DNA of 64,000 nucleotides from Balamuthia mandrillaris (lineage: Eukaryota). A program made the translations under genes and the position numbers. The stretch is from positions 1-64,000 of the forward strand of contig JAVKOQ020000060.1 of the NCBI GenBank assembly GCA_031835245.2, given 5' to 3'. The notes beneath the pieces were generated by a model. That model did no database searches. It saw nothing but the letters and a program-made list of their open reading frames with translations, and was not told the origin of the DNA. Of the stretch, positions 10,575 to 30,369 are shown in pieces (the stretch's first letter is position 1; every line of letters begins with the position of its first letter).

Positions 10575-13500
10575 ATGAGAAGACCTCGAACCAGCGGCGG
10601 CGGAGGTGGAGAGCATCCAAGGGATGAGCCCGGCTTTCACAACACCAGCCGACCTCCTCCTCTGCTTGGGGCGTTGCAGGAGGAGCAAGAGGAGGAGGAG
10701 GGCTTGTTTGACCTTGTGGCCCAAAGCGACCTTGCCTCCAGCCTCTACGACTATTTCTCCTCTCAACAACAACAGCAGCAGCTTCAACATCATCAACCGT
10801 TCTATTATCCTCAACAACCACCACAACCCCTACAATCTGCCACGATGCCAGGGTTCCTTCCTCCCTCCTCTTCTGTCGCTACTGAATTCAAGGGCGCGCC
10901 TTTGCAGCAGCAACAGCAGCAGCATAGTTATCATTATTACCCTACTACGACTGCTGCTTTCCCGGCTACCGTGACTGCCTCCGCCACGGTGGAAAAAGGA
11001 AGACCAAGCAAAGGAGAGGCCGTCGGCCTTCCGTCGTCAACAGGAAGAGGGAGAGGGAGCGGAAGAGGGGGACCCGCGCCCAAATATTTCCACCCACCTC
11101 CAGAAGAGGAGGAAGAGGAGGAGGAGCAACATCAAGCCACACTGCCACAGTTTGCTGTTGGCAACAAGATGAACATCATCGTCGACGGAGGAGAGATTTA
11201 TCCCCCTTCTGTCCCTCCACTCGATCCTCCACCGCCTCCTCATCGCTTCTCCTCGTCTTCTGCCTCGTTTACTCAACCACAGTACAGTCGGCGTGCTGCC
11301 GACACCACTCCCCATTTCTACTACGACGATCAACCATTTGCATTCGGAGGACCAACGAGCACAACGTCAATGCCACCAGCACCATCATCGCTGTCCTCCT
11401 CACTCTCGTCGCTACCATTCGCTGAAGAGGTGGGGCAGCAAGTTTTCTACGACTATGATCAAGTTGCTGTTGCTGGTGCTATGCCGCCCAGTGGCTCATC
11501 CTATGCTGCCAACTCGTTCTCGTACAGCACCGTTCCTCCTCCGTACCTTCGACAGAGCGAACAAGACGTAGGCTATCTCGACCAAAAACCACCACAACAA
11601 CCACAGCCACAGCCACAACGGCTACCACAACTTCACCGTCAGAACCACCAACAACAACAACAGCAAACCTCTTTGATCAGTGCAGTCCCTGCTACCGCAA
11701 TCACACCAGTACCCGCTGCTACCACAACAACAGCAAGACGGACTACCCCCAGAAACGTCAAAGAACAAACTCGCAAGCTGCAAGCACATCCCCTGCCTTC
11801 TGCAATTCCTCAAAACAGCGGCAGTGGCGCAGTGGCTCCACCTCCATCGCTACGAAAAAGATTTCCACCAACAGCTACTTCTTCTTTGCCAGCTCTGCCT
11901 ACTTCGTTCCCCTCTACCTCTATCCATTCTTCTATCTCCTTTCCTGCTCCATCTCCTGCACCGGCTCAGAAACAACGAGCAGTAATAGACCACAAAACAA
12001 CTCAAGACCTCTCTGTAGCTGCTCAGTACGAGCTGAACAACGAGGTAGAACGAATCCTGCGAAGAATGAGGAGAGAAAAGGAAATGTCGATCGACTCGCA
12101 CGAACGAGAAAGGGAGCGCGAACGGCAAAGAAAGAGGGAAAAGGAGATAGAAGCGGCCGGTGGTAGTATTCATGACATCGGTGCCATGCTAAGTCTTCTC
12201 TCTACCGAAGACTCGACAAGCAGTAGTGATGAGGAAGGACGAGGGGGAGGAGAGAGAGCAAAGAAGAGACAACAAGGATTACTGGCGAAACAAGGTGTTA
12301 AGAAAACAAGCGCCACACGGAAACAGCAAACTAGTTATTCAACCTCTTCGGTTACACATGCAACAGCGCGCACTGGTGGCCGTCCTTCGCCGCGATCTGC
12401 TTCTTCTTCGTCTACGCCTGCTGTTTTAACAAAAAATAACCACACAGTTCCTTTTCTTGAGCAACAATTGCCGCGTGCACCACTTCCTTCTTCAGCGTCA
12501 GCAGACAGCATTTCCTATGTCACGAGTCCTCGCAATACAACGGCAATTCAACAACAACTGAACAGCCCTTCCACTGATTTTCTTTCCTCTTCTCTTCCTT
12601 CTTCCTCTGCTTCTAGCCCCTTCTTGAGCCCTATGGTACATCCTTCTCCTCAACGTTTCCCAAGTGCCACTTCTCCTAAGGTGCGATCACTCTCTCCACC
12701 TCCTGGTATTCCTCCTCCTCGGCCGGCAGTTTCAGCGCAACAAAAACAAAAACAAAAACAGCAACAACTACGCAAACGACAGCCAAGCAGACCTTCGATG
12801 CACACTCGCTCTGCCTCTCAACCAATTATAAAGCTTCATCCGCCATCACAAAGCTCTTTTGCTCCTTCAGGTACAGACTCAGGCGATAAGGAAATGGACG
12901 AAGTACAATTAATGATCTCTAACTTACTCTCCCCTGAAGCTTCTTCTTTCCCTTCGACTACAACACAATCCTACTCATCCGAAATATCCGCTTCTCCTCT
13001 TCCCGCTTCTTCAAACAAAGCTCCACCTTCACCACCCTCCTCGCCTTCTTCCTCTTCTTCATCCTCTTCTTCATCCTCTTCATCTTCCTCTTCATCATTT
13101 ATATCCTCATCATCCCCTACTTCATCTTCTTCCTCCTCAACAAAAGCGACGAGTTCCAAACCTCTTGATGCGTTTTCTGATGTAGGGTCTGGCCTACAAT
13201 TTATCAAGCATACTAGGAAAAGAACTACAACTAACATTGAAGACGAGGCTATAGGGGGAGGAAAAGTAGACGAAGGTGAAGAAGCGGGATATTTCCAAAA
13301 CAGAGCCCTTAAAGGCGCTAAACGAGAAATGACAAGTCCGTCTTTCTCTGCTGGTCCTAGCGATCATGGACGAGTTGGCAAAAGAAAACGCAACAAAGCA
13401 GAAGAAGGAAGCGCAAGTTCTACAGCAGAAAAAGCCAAAGACGAAGATGACGACGATGTAATCGAACTGCCCAAACGGGGAAGGGAGAATTCAGCCAGCA

Positions 13501-16500
13501 TAATGAGTGCACGACACCACCGAAAGCGCTACGGACGATGGTCAGTTTCTTACTCAGCAGTAGAAGATGACGATACAAGAGCTACCGAACGAACGGACCT
13601 AGAAGAAGGGGAAATGCCCCCGCGAAAGAGATCCTTCACCATATCCGGCATTTGGAACGAGGACTCACATCTTCACGTCATTTCGATATCTCTGCACAGC
13701 GTGGATCTCTACAAGCGCTGCATCTTTGTGTTTCGGCCGTTGCACCCTGCTTCCTTCGACGAACGAAATGTTCGTTATCTCCTCACAACGGACGATGGCG
13801 CCAGCGAACGAAGCGCCCTTGCCCTGAGCACCTACATGTGTCTCGCTTCTGGTACTCTTCTTTCAACAGTGGCTTCTATTTCTATTTCTTAATCGACTTT
13901 TACTGTTTAGGGAGCATGTTGCAAGGCTTCATGGATCTCTCTGCTCAATTCTTCGAAAGAGCAAAGACCATCCTTCATGAACTTACAGAGACCCAAGATG
14001 CTCACCTGTTGGATTATTCGATTGCGTTGTCGTTGGTGGCGATGTCCTTCCATGCCACATATGTCCTTTTGGACAACAACCTCAGTGCTCTCTATATCTC
14101 GATGGCGATGAACATATGTTATGCAATTGGAGCTCTTAATAGCGATGCCTTCAATCGGTGTCTATACACCATGGCGTCCCACCCGGCGATGACGTATTGG
14201 GATATAAAGCACTTACAAAAGCAATTGAAGAGAGCCAAGAAGTTACCTTATTATCATATTGTCCAGGTTTGTGTCGTTTTTCTTATTATTTTTTTGTTTA
14301 CTAATGAGAATCTTTATTATTCTTGTTTAGATTTCAAAGAGCTCTGCAGCTTCTCCTATTTCTTCCTCTTCCTCTCCTCCTTCCTCTCCTCCCTCTTCAC
14401 CTTTACCTTCCTCATCGCCTACTCAAAAAATGCAAGAGGAATGGAACAAACTAGCAACTTCCCGACGTCACAAACGACGTTCCCACGAACCTAGCACCCG
14501 GCGGAACAGCAATCCCAAATCCTCCCCTAGACGTTCTCGTGCATCTTCCATGACGGTGTCACCTTCTTCCTCTCCTTGCTTTTCACTTCAGGGAACGGAA
14601 GCAGGAGACCGTGCCGTGATCGAGAGCCTTCCAGTTTGCCTTGATAATCTTCACTTTTTGTCTTTACGTACGTTGCTACTCTTTTGCTGTTTATCGTTCA
14701 ATTTCTTATTTCTCTTCCATGCAACGCTACCTCCAGTTGCCGCATTGGTGGCCAACATAAGCGCAGGGTTAACCATGTATAAAGCACACAAACTGGGTAT
14801 TCGTGATAGCAATGTCCCAATCACAACAGGCTCTCCACAACAGCACGAGCAACCAAGCCAAGGAGGGACAACCGAACAACAAGGGGAGGAGATCTACCGC
14901 TTTCTTTCCGCTCTAGACACGATGGCAGAAGAGCTGGAGAGGCATGCGGCTAATCCTCAGCTTCAGGCCATTCCTTTCACCATGGATTTATTTGCTGAGC
15001 TTTATATTTACGCTCTACGCGCTGATTGCTATTGGTGTCTTGGAGATAAATCTGAAGGTTCGTTTTCTCATCTCTCATTTTGCTTCCTCTTGTTAATATT
15101 TTCTACATTATTTGCTCTGCAGCCCTAAAGTGGGCTCTTCGGTTCTTATCAGCTACTCTTCACCCCAACTTTGCTTACATCATCGCGAACGTGTCATCGT
15201 CTTGTGTGATAGTGATGAATATTATGTTACAACTGGGCAGATTAGACCTCTTGGCCACCCAAATAGAGGTATCATCTCTTTATTTAATCCTTGTTTTGTA
15301 ACTAGACAGTCCTTCGTAAGTTGATTATGTGCTTTTGTCGTTTATAATAGGCGTTGAGCCCATTGGCACGCGTTATGCCAGTCATAAAAAGCGTACAAAA
15401 ACGCTTTGAAGTTGCTATGTGGGCACATCCCAACTACACGAGCACCAATCAACAAGAGGGAACATTGTTGGCCACTGCACTTGTCGGTAACAGCAGCAAT
15501 TTTACTTCTACCTCTGATCCTTCTGTTTCGTCTTCTCCGGCTGCTTCTTCTCCTCCCTCGGCTTCTTTTTCATCCCCTATAAATATTCCTCCACGGCCTC
15601 AGCCACAGACTCAACATCAATCTTCACTTACACTACACACAACCATTTCCGTGGGCCAACACCGGCAACACCATCATCACCTTACGGAAGCTACTTCTTC
15701 TCCTCAATCCTCGCCTACCTACCACAACACAGACGAAGAAGCCAACAGCTCATGGTTGTCAATGCTGGGAGGAAACTCCCAACATCCAAGCACAGCCGAA
15801 GAATTGGCAAAGCACCACGTAGAGGAAGAGGAGGAAGTATTAGCGTTAGCGGAGGCTACTGGAACAGCAACAACAGGAGGAGAAATAGGAGAGGGTAGTA
15901 TTGCCATGATGGAAGAATGGCTATTGCAACAGGATCGAAACGAAGGCGAGATGAATAGCAGGGAGGGCATAATAGGAAGCTGGGATGTTGCTAGCATGGC
16001 ATGGGGTGACCTTAATCCATCCACCTCAGCGTCGACAACAACCACAACGAGCAGAACCACTGGCAACGAGTCATTGGAAGACGAGCTATCGTTTCCTCCT
16101 TCTTTGTTTGCCCCCGAATGGAGGGACCGAGGTACACACTCAAGGAAAAGTTCGGTTTCATCTCCTGCTTCTTCACAAGTTACATTTTCATCGCCTCCAT
16201 CCCTCTTTCTGGAAGAAGCAGATCCCAATCTGTTTGCAGGTGATGTGGTTGTTGGCGACAGAGGTGGGGACTTTTCTCCACAATTCTATCCTGCTTCCAC
16301 CGATGACGGTCTTTCTATTCCACCACAGCAACAGCAGCAACAACAACTACAGCAACATCGCCTTCCTTTTCTACCATCCACTTCTCTCTTGTATCCACAA
16401 CAACAGCAGCAACCACAACAGCGAGCGCCATCTCCTCCTCTCGAGGATTTCCGGTTCTACTCTCCTTCTTCATCGTCCTCGGATCCCCCAGGACCTGGTT

Positions 16501-17243
16501 ACTACTACGATGGAGGAACTTCCTTCTTCCCTCGACCATCTGCTTTATCCTCTTCTTCCACTGCCTCTACTTTAGAGCGAAACGAGAGAAACAGTCGTAG
16601 CGCTCCTCCTCCTCCTCCTCCTCCTGCCCATGCTTTCTCTCCTTATGCTTATCCCGCGTCTTCCTCCTCCCAACAAATCGCATCCGACTCGAAAAATGCG
16701 CTGCGTCAATTAGAAAGAGAGCAGTTCACATCGGAGCTATTGGAGGCTCGCCGCCTGCGTCAGTTCAACCTGGAAAACAAAGTGAAGCAGATGCAAGAGA
16801 TGATGCAGAACATGCTCTCCAAAAAGAACAAGCTTCCCAACCAGGTGACAACAACTCAAAAGAAGAGTAACAACAGTAAGATGGCGGTGAGCGGAGACAG
16901 TGGACGAGGAGGAAGAGGATCCGTTCCTCCCTCTCCTTCTGCTTCTTCTTCGGCCAGTAGGCGCCAACCAAATGGTCAACAACATGCTTCTCCTTTCCCG
17001 TTTCCTCCACCTCAGTCGCAACCACAACTACAAACCCAACCCCATTCGCGCCCTCAACACCATCCCGTTCGCTCTTCTTCTGCTTCATCGGCTGTTGCTT
17101 TTGATGCTTCTACTTCTCCGTATACTTCTTCAGCTCCTTTCATCATACCAACACCAACAACACGTTCTGCTTCAACTTCCCGGACTCAACACCATCAACC
17201 CCAAAGCAGAGCAAGACGAGCAGCAACAGATAGAAATCGATGA
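10575..17243 (+). CDS. Very large (about 2,100 aa) low-complexity protein with a central helical domain resembling the fungal transcription-factor middle homology region
   Basis: ORFs 10575, 13652, 14430, 15080 and 15354 join through five GT-AG introns (e.g. 14668-14736). S/P/Q-rich arms flank YKRCIFVFRPLHP...LALSTYMCLASGS...FFERAKTIL...YISMAMNICYAIG. Confidence 0.65.
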
Positions 17244-17646
17244 GGATGGGAACCCATTCCTTCCGTCTTCTTTCACTCTTCCTTCAGAACCTGGGCTTGT
17301 ACTGTACATATCTGCTTTTTAAAACAACTGACCTTTCAAGGATGGAAGAGATAGACGGAGAAAGCAATAAAACTTTGCTTCTTCCCCCTAAATAGGAACA
17401 ATTTTTACGGAATGGGTTGTTTCTGCCCTACCAGACTGCTCATCTCAGTAGCAAGCCTACCGATGCATTACGCGAGAAAGAAAAAGGAAGAAAAGAATGG
17501 ACAAGACGAAAACAGAAGAAAGTGAGCCACTGAAGCTTTCATCGAAAAGGGTAACCAGCGGTACCAGCAGAAGAAGAACCCTGACAAAAAACTGGCCCAG
17601 AGAGTAAAACCGGCCGCCAAGTAACCTGCCCTTGTGCCGAGTACGC

Positions 17647-17689
<43 letters not shown>

Positions 17690-17940
17690 GGAAGTAATAA
17701 TAATCATCGGGTATTTCAGTTTTCTTTATGATAAAACAGATCACCCATAGGGAGGTAACTCCGGTTATTTGTTTCATCAAGCTTCCGGCCTCCCATCGCA
17801 TCGGACGATGAGATAGCTTGGATTATGGTGGTTGATTGCACCTCCCCGTTGCTGCACTCCGCCCCCAAAAGAGCGTTTAAGTTTTTGTTTGGAGCAAAAA
17901 AAAAAAAAACAAAAACAAAAACCTCACGGCCGTAGGAACG

Positions 17941-25000
<7,060 letters not shown>

Positions 25001-27108
25001 CATTTCTTCAGATTCTGCGTCCTCCTCTGCTTCTTCGTCCTCTTCCATGCGAATTGATGATGAAGACTCAGATGACAACAATGTGGTGGTGGCAGTGGTG
25101 ATTTCAGTGGTGGTGTTCCTGCTTCTTCTGATCATTGTGGCTGCTGCTTTCTTCTTCCTCATTCGCAGACAGAAGAGAAGAAAGAAAACTCAAACTTTGA
25201 AGATGGGCAAAAGTGACATCACCGAAATGGAAGAAGCAAAGTATCTCCACAGAAATGGCGACGCTGAAGAAAATGGCGAAGAGGAGGAGGATGAAGAGCT
25301 TGTGGACAGTTCAGTGCCAAAGATAAGAAAAGAAGAAGTGGAGTACTGCAAAGATCCAGTGGCAAGCGGAGCATTCGGAGTGGTGTACAAAGGGAAGTGG
25401 AAAGGGAAAGAGTGTGCGGTGAAAGTGTGCAGTGCCATCATTGTGGATGCAGAAATGCGTCAAGAGTTCATCAAGGAAGCTGAAATGATGCAGTTTGTTT
25501 TCCCCCTCCCTATGATGTTTTCCTCGATTTCCCTAGTTTTGTTAGATAGAGTTGCTGTAGGTCAACACTTACATTGTGCATTCTTCCACAAAAGCCAACT
25601 GGGAGGGAAGAAGCATCACTGCACCACATTGTTCGGAGTGATGAGGAAAGGCAAACGAATGTGCCTCATCACGGAATGGGCTGAACATGGATCTGCATAC
25701 GACCTGCTCATCAACCCAAAGACGAAAAGGGAGGACGTCCCGTGGTTGGCGGTGGTGAAGATTGCGCGTGATGCAGCCAGAGGTCTTCGTTATCTCCATT
25801 CTTTGAACGTTGTTCATCGAGGTTTGTTCTCCTGTTTCTTTCCTCCCTTCATGTTCTGATTTCTGTTTTGTGTTATTGCATGGATGAACAGACATAGCAG
25901 CAAGAAACATCTTGGTGTGTCAGAACTACAAAGCAGTGGTGGGAGACTTTGGGATGTCGCGAGTGCTGGAGAAGATGTATCAAACCACCAAAAGCAACGT
26001 TGGCGCCATCAAGGTATCCCGTTTAATCTTCATTTTGTTCTTTTCTTTTGTTCTTCGTTCTTTTGTAGCTGACTGATGACAACACAGTGGATAGCACCAG
26101 AGGCATTCAAGAACTACGAGTACAGCAAAGAAACGGACAGTTTTTCCTTTGGCGTGTTCTTGTGGGAGCTCTGCACCAGACAGAAGCCTTGGGACGACAA
26201 GGACGCCAATTATGTGGCCCACAAAGTGCTATACGATGGTTTGTTTTGGTTGTCAGCAGTTTGGTTGTTGTTTAATCTTCATTTTGCTGTTTGTATTATG
26301 AAGACGAGCGTTTGCCGATTCGGGAGAATGAAGATGAAGTGATGAAAGAATTGCTGGGACGATGCTGGCAGACTGATCCCAAACAAAGGTACGTTCTGTC
26401 TTACCGTGCCTCTTTCGTTTTTTTTTTTTTCTTTCTCGTTGGCTAAAGTACAATGCCGGGGTTTTTTTTTTTTGGAAAAAAAAAGACCAAGCATGGAGGA
26501 GATATGCGACATACTGGAGAATTATTATAAAACGCTGAAGAAGGAAACATGGGAAGAACAACAAGAGAACCAGTACGTCCTCCACACCGCTTCTCCTTGC
26601 TACAGTAAGCACTATTTTGCTGACCTGCGTTTTTTTTTTTCTTTGCTCAGAGTTGTGGGCTACATGCAGGCCGGGCAATAAAGAAGCTCTCTTTTGGCTA
26701 GCCCATTGTATTATTTGCACATTTGTTGTTATATTCAAGCAAAGAAGAAGAAAAAGAAGCAGAAACGAACAAGACCAACAATTCCTCCACGTTGTTACGC
26801 CCAACCGCTCTATGATCTATTATATATGGCTCACACCGTTGAGTCTATCTCCTTCATTGTCTTCTTTACGTCAGTCTGGACCATTTCCTTCTTGGCAAGT
26901 GGAGCGAAACAAGTCGTGTGTCTCCATTTACACCTCTCTCCCTTCGGGAGGTATATCCCGTTCTCCTACCCAAATCAAAAATTTTAAACAACAAATTTTT
27001 TCCAAGAAGCAAATTTTTTAATTTCGGGGGGAAATTCTAAGAAAAATATTTACAAAAAAAAAAAAAAAGAGACGAAAAGAAAGAAAGAAGGTAGCGAAGC
27101 GACAAAAG

Positions 27109-28345
27109 ATGAGCTCAGCGACGGGGCAGACGGAAAGTCAGGAAGCTGTTGAAGTCAACTTTTTGGCTAAGATAGACAATGCAAAAATCATTTCAAACCT
27201 TCTCTCTGCCATTCACCTCAAAAAAGATCAGGTACGAACGTTAAACCTTATTTTTTTTTTTTTCCCTCTCCTCATCATGGAATCTGTGATCTGATTTTTA
27301 TTCACCCGATTGTTTGTTTTGGCAGTTAGCAACAGTCACAATAGAGAACAATGGAATCACGTTTACGGTGGAAGAGTCCAAGGTGTTGCAAGGCTTTTGC
27401 TTCCTGCAGGCCGAGCTCTTTCAAGAGTACAAACGCAAAGACCCCTCCCAACAACACCAACAATCCTCACAGCAAAGCGAAGCGGCCGATGGCGAGCGGA
27501 CAAAGGACGTCTTTAAGATAAACCTCAGCACCATGTTGGACTGCTTGAACATCTTTGGCGGGACCTCCTCTTTCACCGCCCTTCAGATCATGTACAGCGG
27601 CTATGGCAGTCCGGTTTTTCTAATGTATGCTTACTTTTGCTACCTTTTTCCTCCTTTCCTTGCCCTTCTTTCTTGCTTTCTTGTCGTTTCTTTCTTATCG
27701 TTTCTTTCTTTCTTTCTTTCTTTATGTCTTCTTCTTCTACTTCTCTTATTTTGTGAAACAAAGGTTGGAAGGGAATGGCGTACAAACGGATTGTGGCCTG
27801 CGGACGTTGGAAACGGACGAGGTGGCCGACTTTAACTTTCAAAGCTCTCCTGTTCTCAACAAAGTCATCATGAAGGTTTCTCTCTCTTCCTCTGCTCCTC
27901 GTCTTGTCTTCTCTACTTCTCAACTCATCTGAACTCTCTTTCACGAAAACAGTCCGAAAGTTTACGAGAGGCGCTGAACGAGTTGGACTGGTCGGGCGAC
28001 CTGCTCACCTTGCTTCTCTCTCCCGACCCTCCCTACTTCCGCCTGGCCACCTCCAGCCCCTCTGGCAGCTGCCAGGTGGACTACCCCAAGGACTCTGAGG
28101 TCTTTGAGGGCTTCAACTGCACCCAAACGCAGGTCTTCAGCTACAAGCTGAAGCTGTTGCAGCCGACGGTGAAGGCTTTGGCCCTGGCCGCGAAGACGCA
28201 GGTGCGAATGAATGAGCGGGGCGTCCTGAACTTGCAACACCTGTTCCACAGCGAGGAGCAGACCAGCTTTGTCAACTTTTACTTTGTGGCGCAGGAGGAC
28301 CTGGAGGATTCGGAAGAGGCGGAAGAAGGTGATACCATGTCTTGA
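27109..28345 (+). CDS. RAD1: Checkpoint clamp (9-1-1) subunit Rad1, 3 introns
   Basis: FLAKIDNAKIISNLLSAI, NNGITFTVEESKVLQG, FKINLSTMLDCLNIFG, YSGYGSP, YKLKLLQPTVKALALAAKTQVRMNERGVL. Confidence 0.93.
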
Positions 28346-28418
28346 AACAACATTTTCGCGTGCGTTTTTTTTGCCTATGTTCTTCCAACTTGTATAAAGT
28401 TATTCTCCGTCGTGACTA

Positions 28419-30332
28419 TTATTTGGAAAGAGTATCAGCAAACCAACTCTCGTTGCTGCTGTCGCTTCCTTCGTTGTCTCCATAAAATGAATCGTTAGAG
28501 CTGTTGTTGTGGCTGATGTTGCTGGAGGAAGAAGATGAAGAATGGTGCTTCGCTGATTGAAGGATTAGCCGGTGAGAACGATGAGCTTCGTACGAATGAT
28601 CTTCCTCCTCGATATCTTCACTTAGTGTTGTGCCTTCTTCAGATTCTGGTGTTTCGTTTGGTGTTGCTTCTTCTTCTTCTTCTTCAGGAGAATTTTCTAT
28701 TTCACTGTTTTGTGTTGTTTTGTTTTTGTTCAACACATGTTCTGGAGAGAGGAGAGAGGAGAGAAGAGAGAAGAGAGAAGAGAGAAGAGAAGTGGATAGA
28801 GGAGCTAGGAAAATGAATATGGTGAAGAACGTACTCCTCAAAGCGCAAAGACCGAAGGAACTCCATAGAGACTTGCAAATGGGTAAGAATGCAACCTTGG
28901 ATCTCGAACCGGAGACTCTTGTGCATAAACTCGTCGATATAACTCAGCTCGGAGGCCAAGTATGGCAGTTTTGCGTGGGTTAGAACAAAGCAAAGGATTG
29001 GAAGAAGCTCATCTGCTCCACTAGAATAATCAAAAACAGAACGCAACGTTAAGGTTAAAGCAAAGAGAAAGAAATTTTAAAAAGAAAACAGAAAACGCAC
29101 TAGGAGGTGGGTGCACCGGTCTGATGTTCGATCTCTTTAGAAGCCAAAAGAATCTGGTTGAGCTTCTCCTCTGGGCTACGAAGCAAAGCCATCTTGCTCA
29201 TCGCTCTTATCGCCGCTTGAAATGGCAACATCTCTCCCCTGGAGTTACGTACGGTACTAAAAGATGTAGTTTCTGATGAAGATGATGAACTTGACGACGA
29301 TGCTGATGAGTTTTCTTCTTCGTCTTCCTCACTTTGAATATTGGCATTTGCGGAAACAGAAAGAAGTTCTTCTTCGGAAATAGGGCTTGTTGACATGCGG
29401 CCAGTTGTTTCTCTTTGTATGTTGTTATTGTTGCCAATTGTGGAAGAAGATCGTTCTCTCGTTAGCAGTTGTCCTTTGTTGCTCGTCAATGCAGAAGTAG
29501 AAACAGAAAGAGCGGAGAAAGAGGTTTTTCTAGTTGGAGGAGTAGAATCCGTAAAGCTTCTGCTGCGACTTTTTTGTTTACGATTCGAAGATTGTTGTTG
29601 GTTTGGGTGAAGGTGGAACATGGTTAAAAGATTGGCATCCATTTCTAACATCACGAATTGTTGGTCGAGCGGCAACTTGCGTAACCGTTCCAACTTTCGA
29701 ACCATTTCTTTATCATCATGAATATGCTAAAAAATAATAAGCTGAGTATTCAATCCAAGCAGAGAGAGAGAGAGAGAAATTACTTTCATCTTGAATAAAG
29801 AAAAGAGAGTAGGATACAGCTTTGCGTATACTGTTGTCTCCACAGCTCGCGTGCACCACTGATAGCCCTCCTCCAGTTCTGCAAAAGTGGAATAAATCAC
29901 CATCATGTTATGTACAAGACTTTCAATGAAGGAGTGAGCATCATCCAGAACGTCAGTGAAGCATTTGTAGGCCTCTTCCAGCATTCCATAGTTGGCTGAA
30001 AAGAGGTCCACAAAGGATTGAACCACTGCACCTAGTGGATGTGATGTGTTGCTGCTTATTCACATATATAAAAGCATAAATTAGGGAATAGAAGCAAAGA
30101 GAGAAAGACAAGAGAGGACAAAAGAACCTCAAAATATTTTTCGATGCATTGAGAATGGCATACATGCCAGCCTCATCTGCATTCTTTGTTGTTGTTTTTA
30201 GTAATTCTCGAAAGAATTCATCCAAACGTTTGGCTGCTTCGTTCTTCACATCACGCTCGAAGTTTACAACAAAGAAATTGTTCCATTTTTCCATGTTTAG
30301 TTCTCTTTAAAAATAGTCAATAATGCAACCCT

Positions 30333-30369
<37 letters not shown>

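Noticed and set aside
26925..26955. CTCCCTTCGGGAG UUCG-like hairpin upstream of RAD1
   Set aside because: Stem too short and imperfect, with no other ncRNA features.
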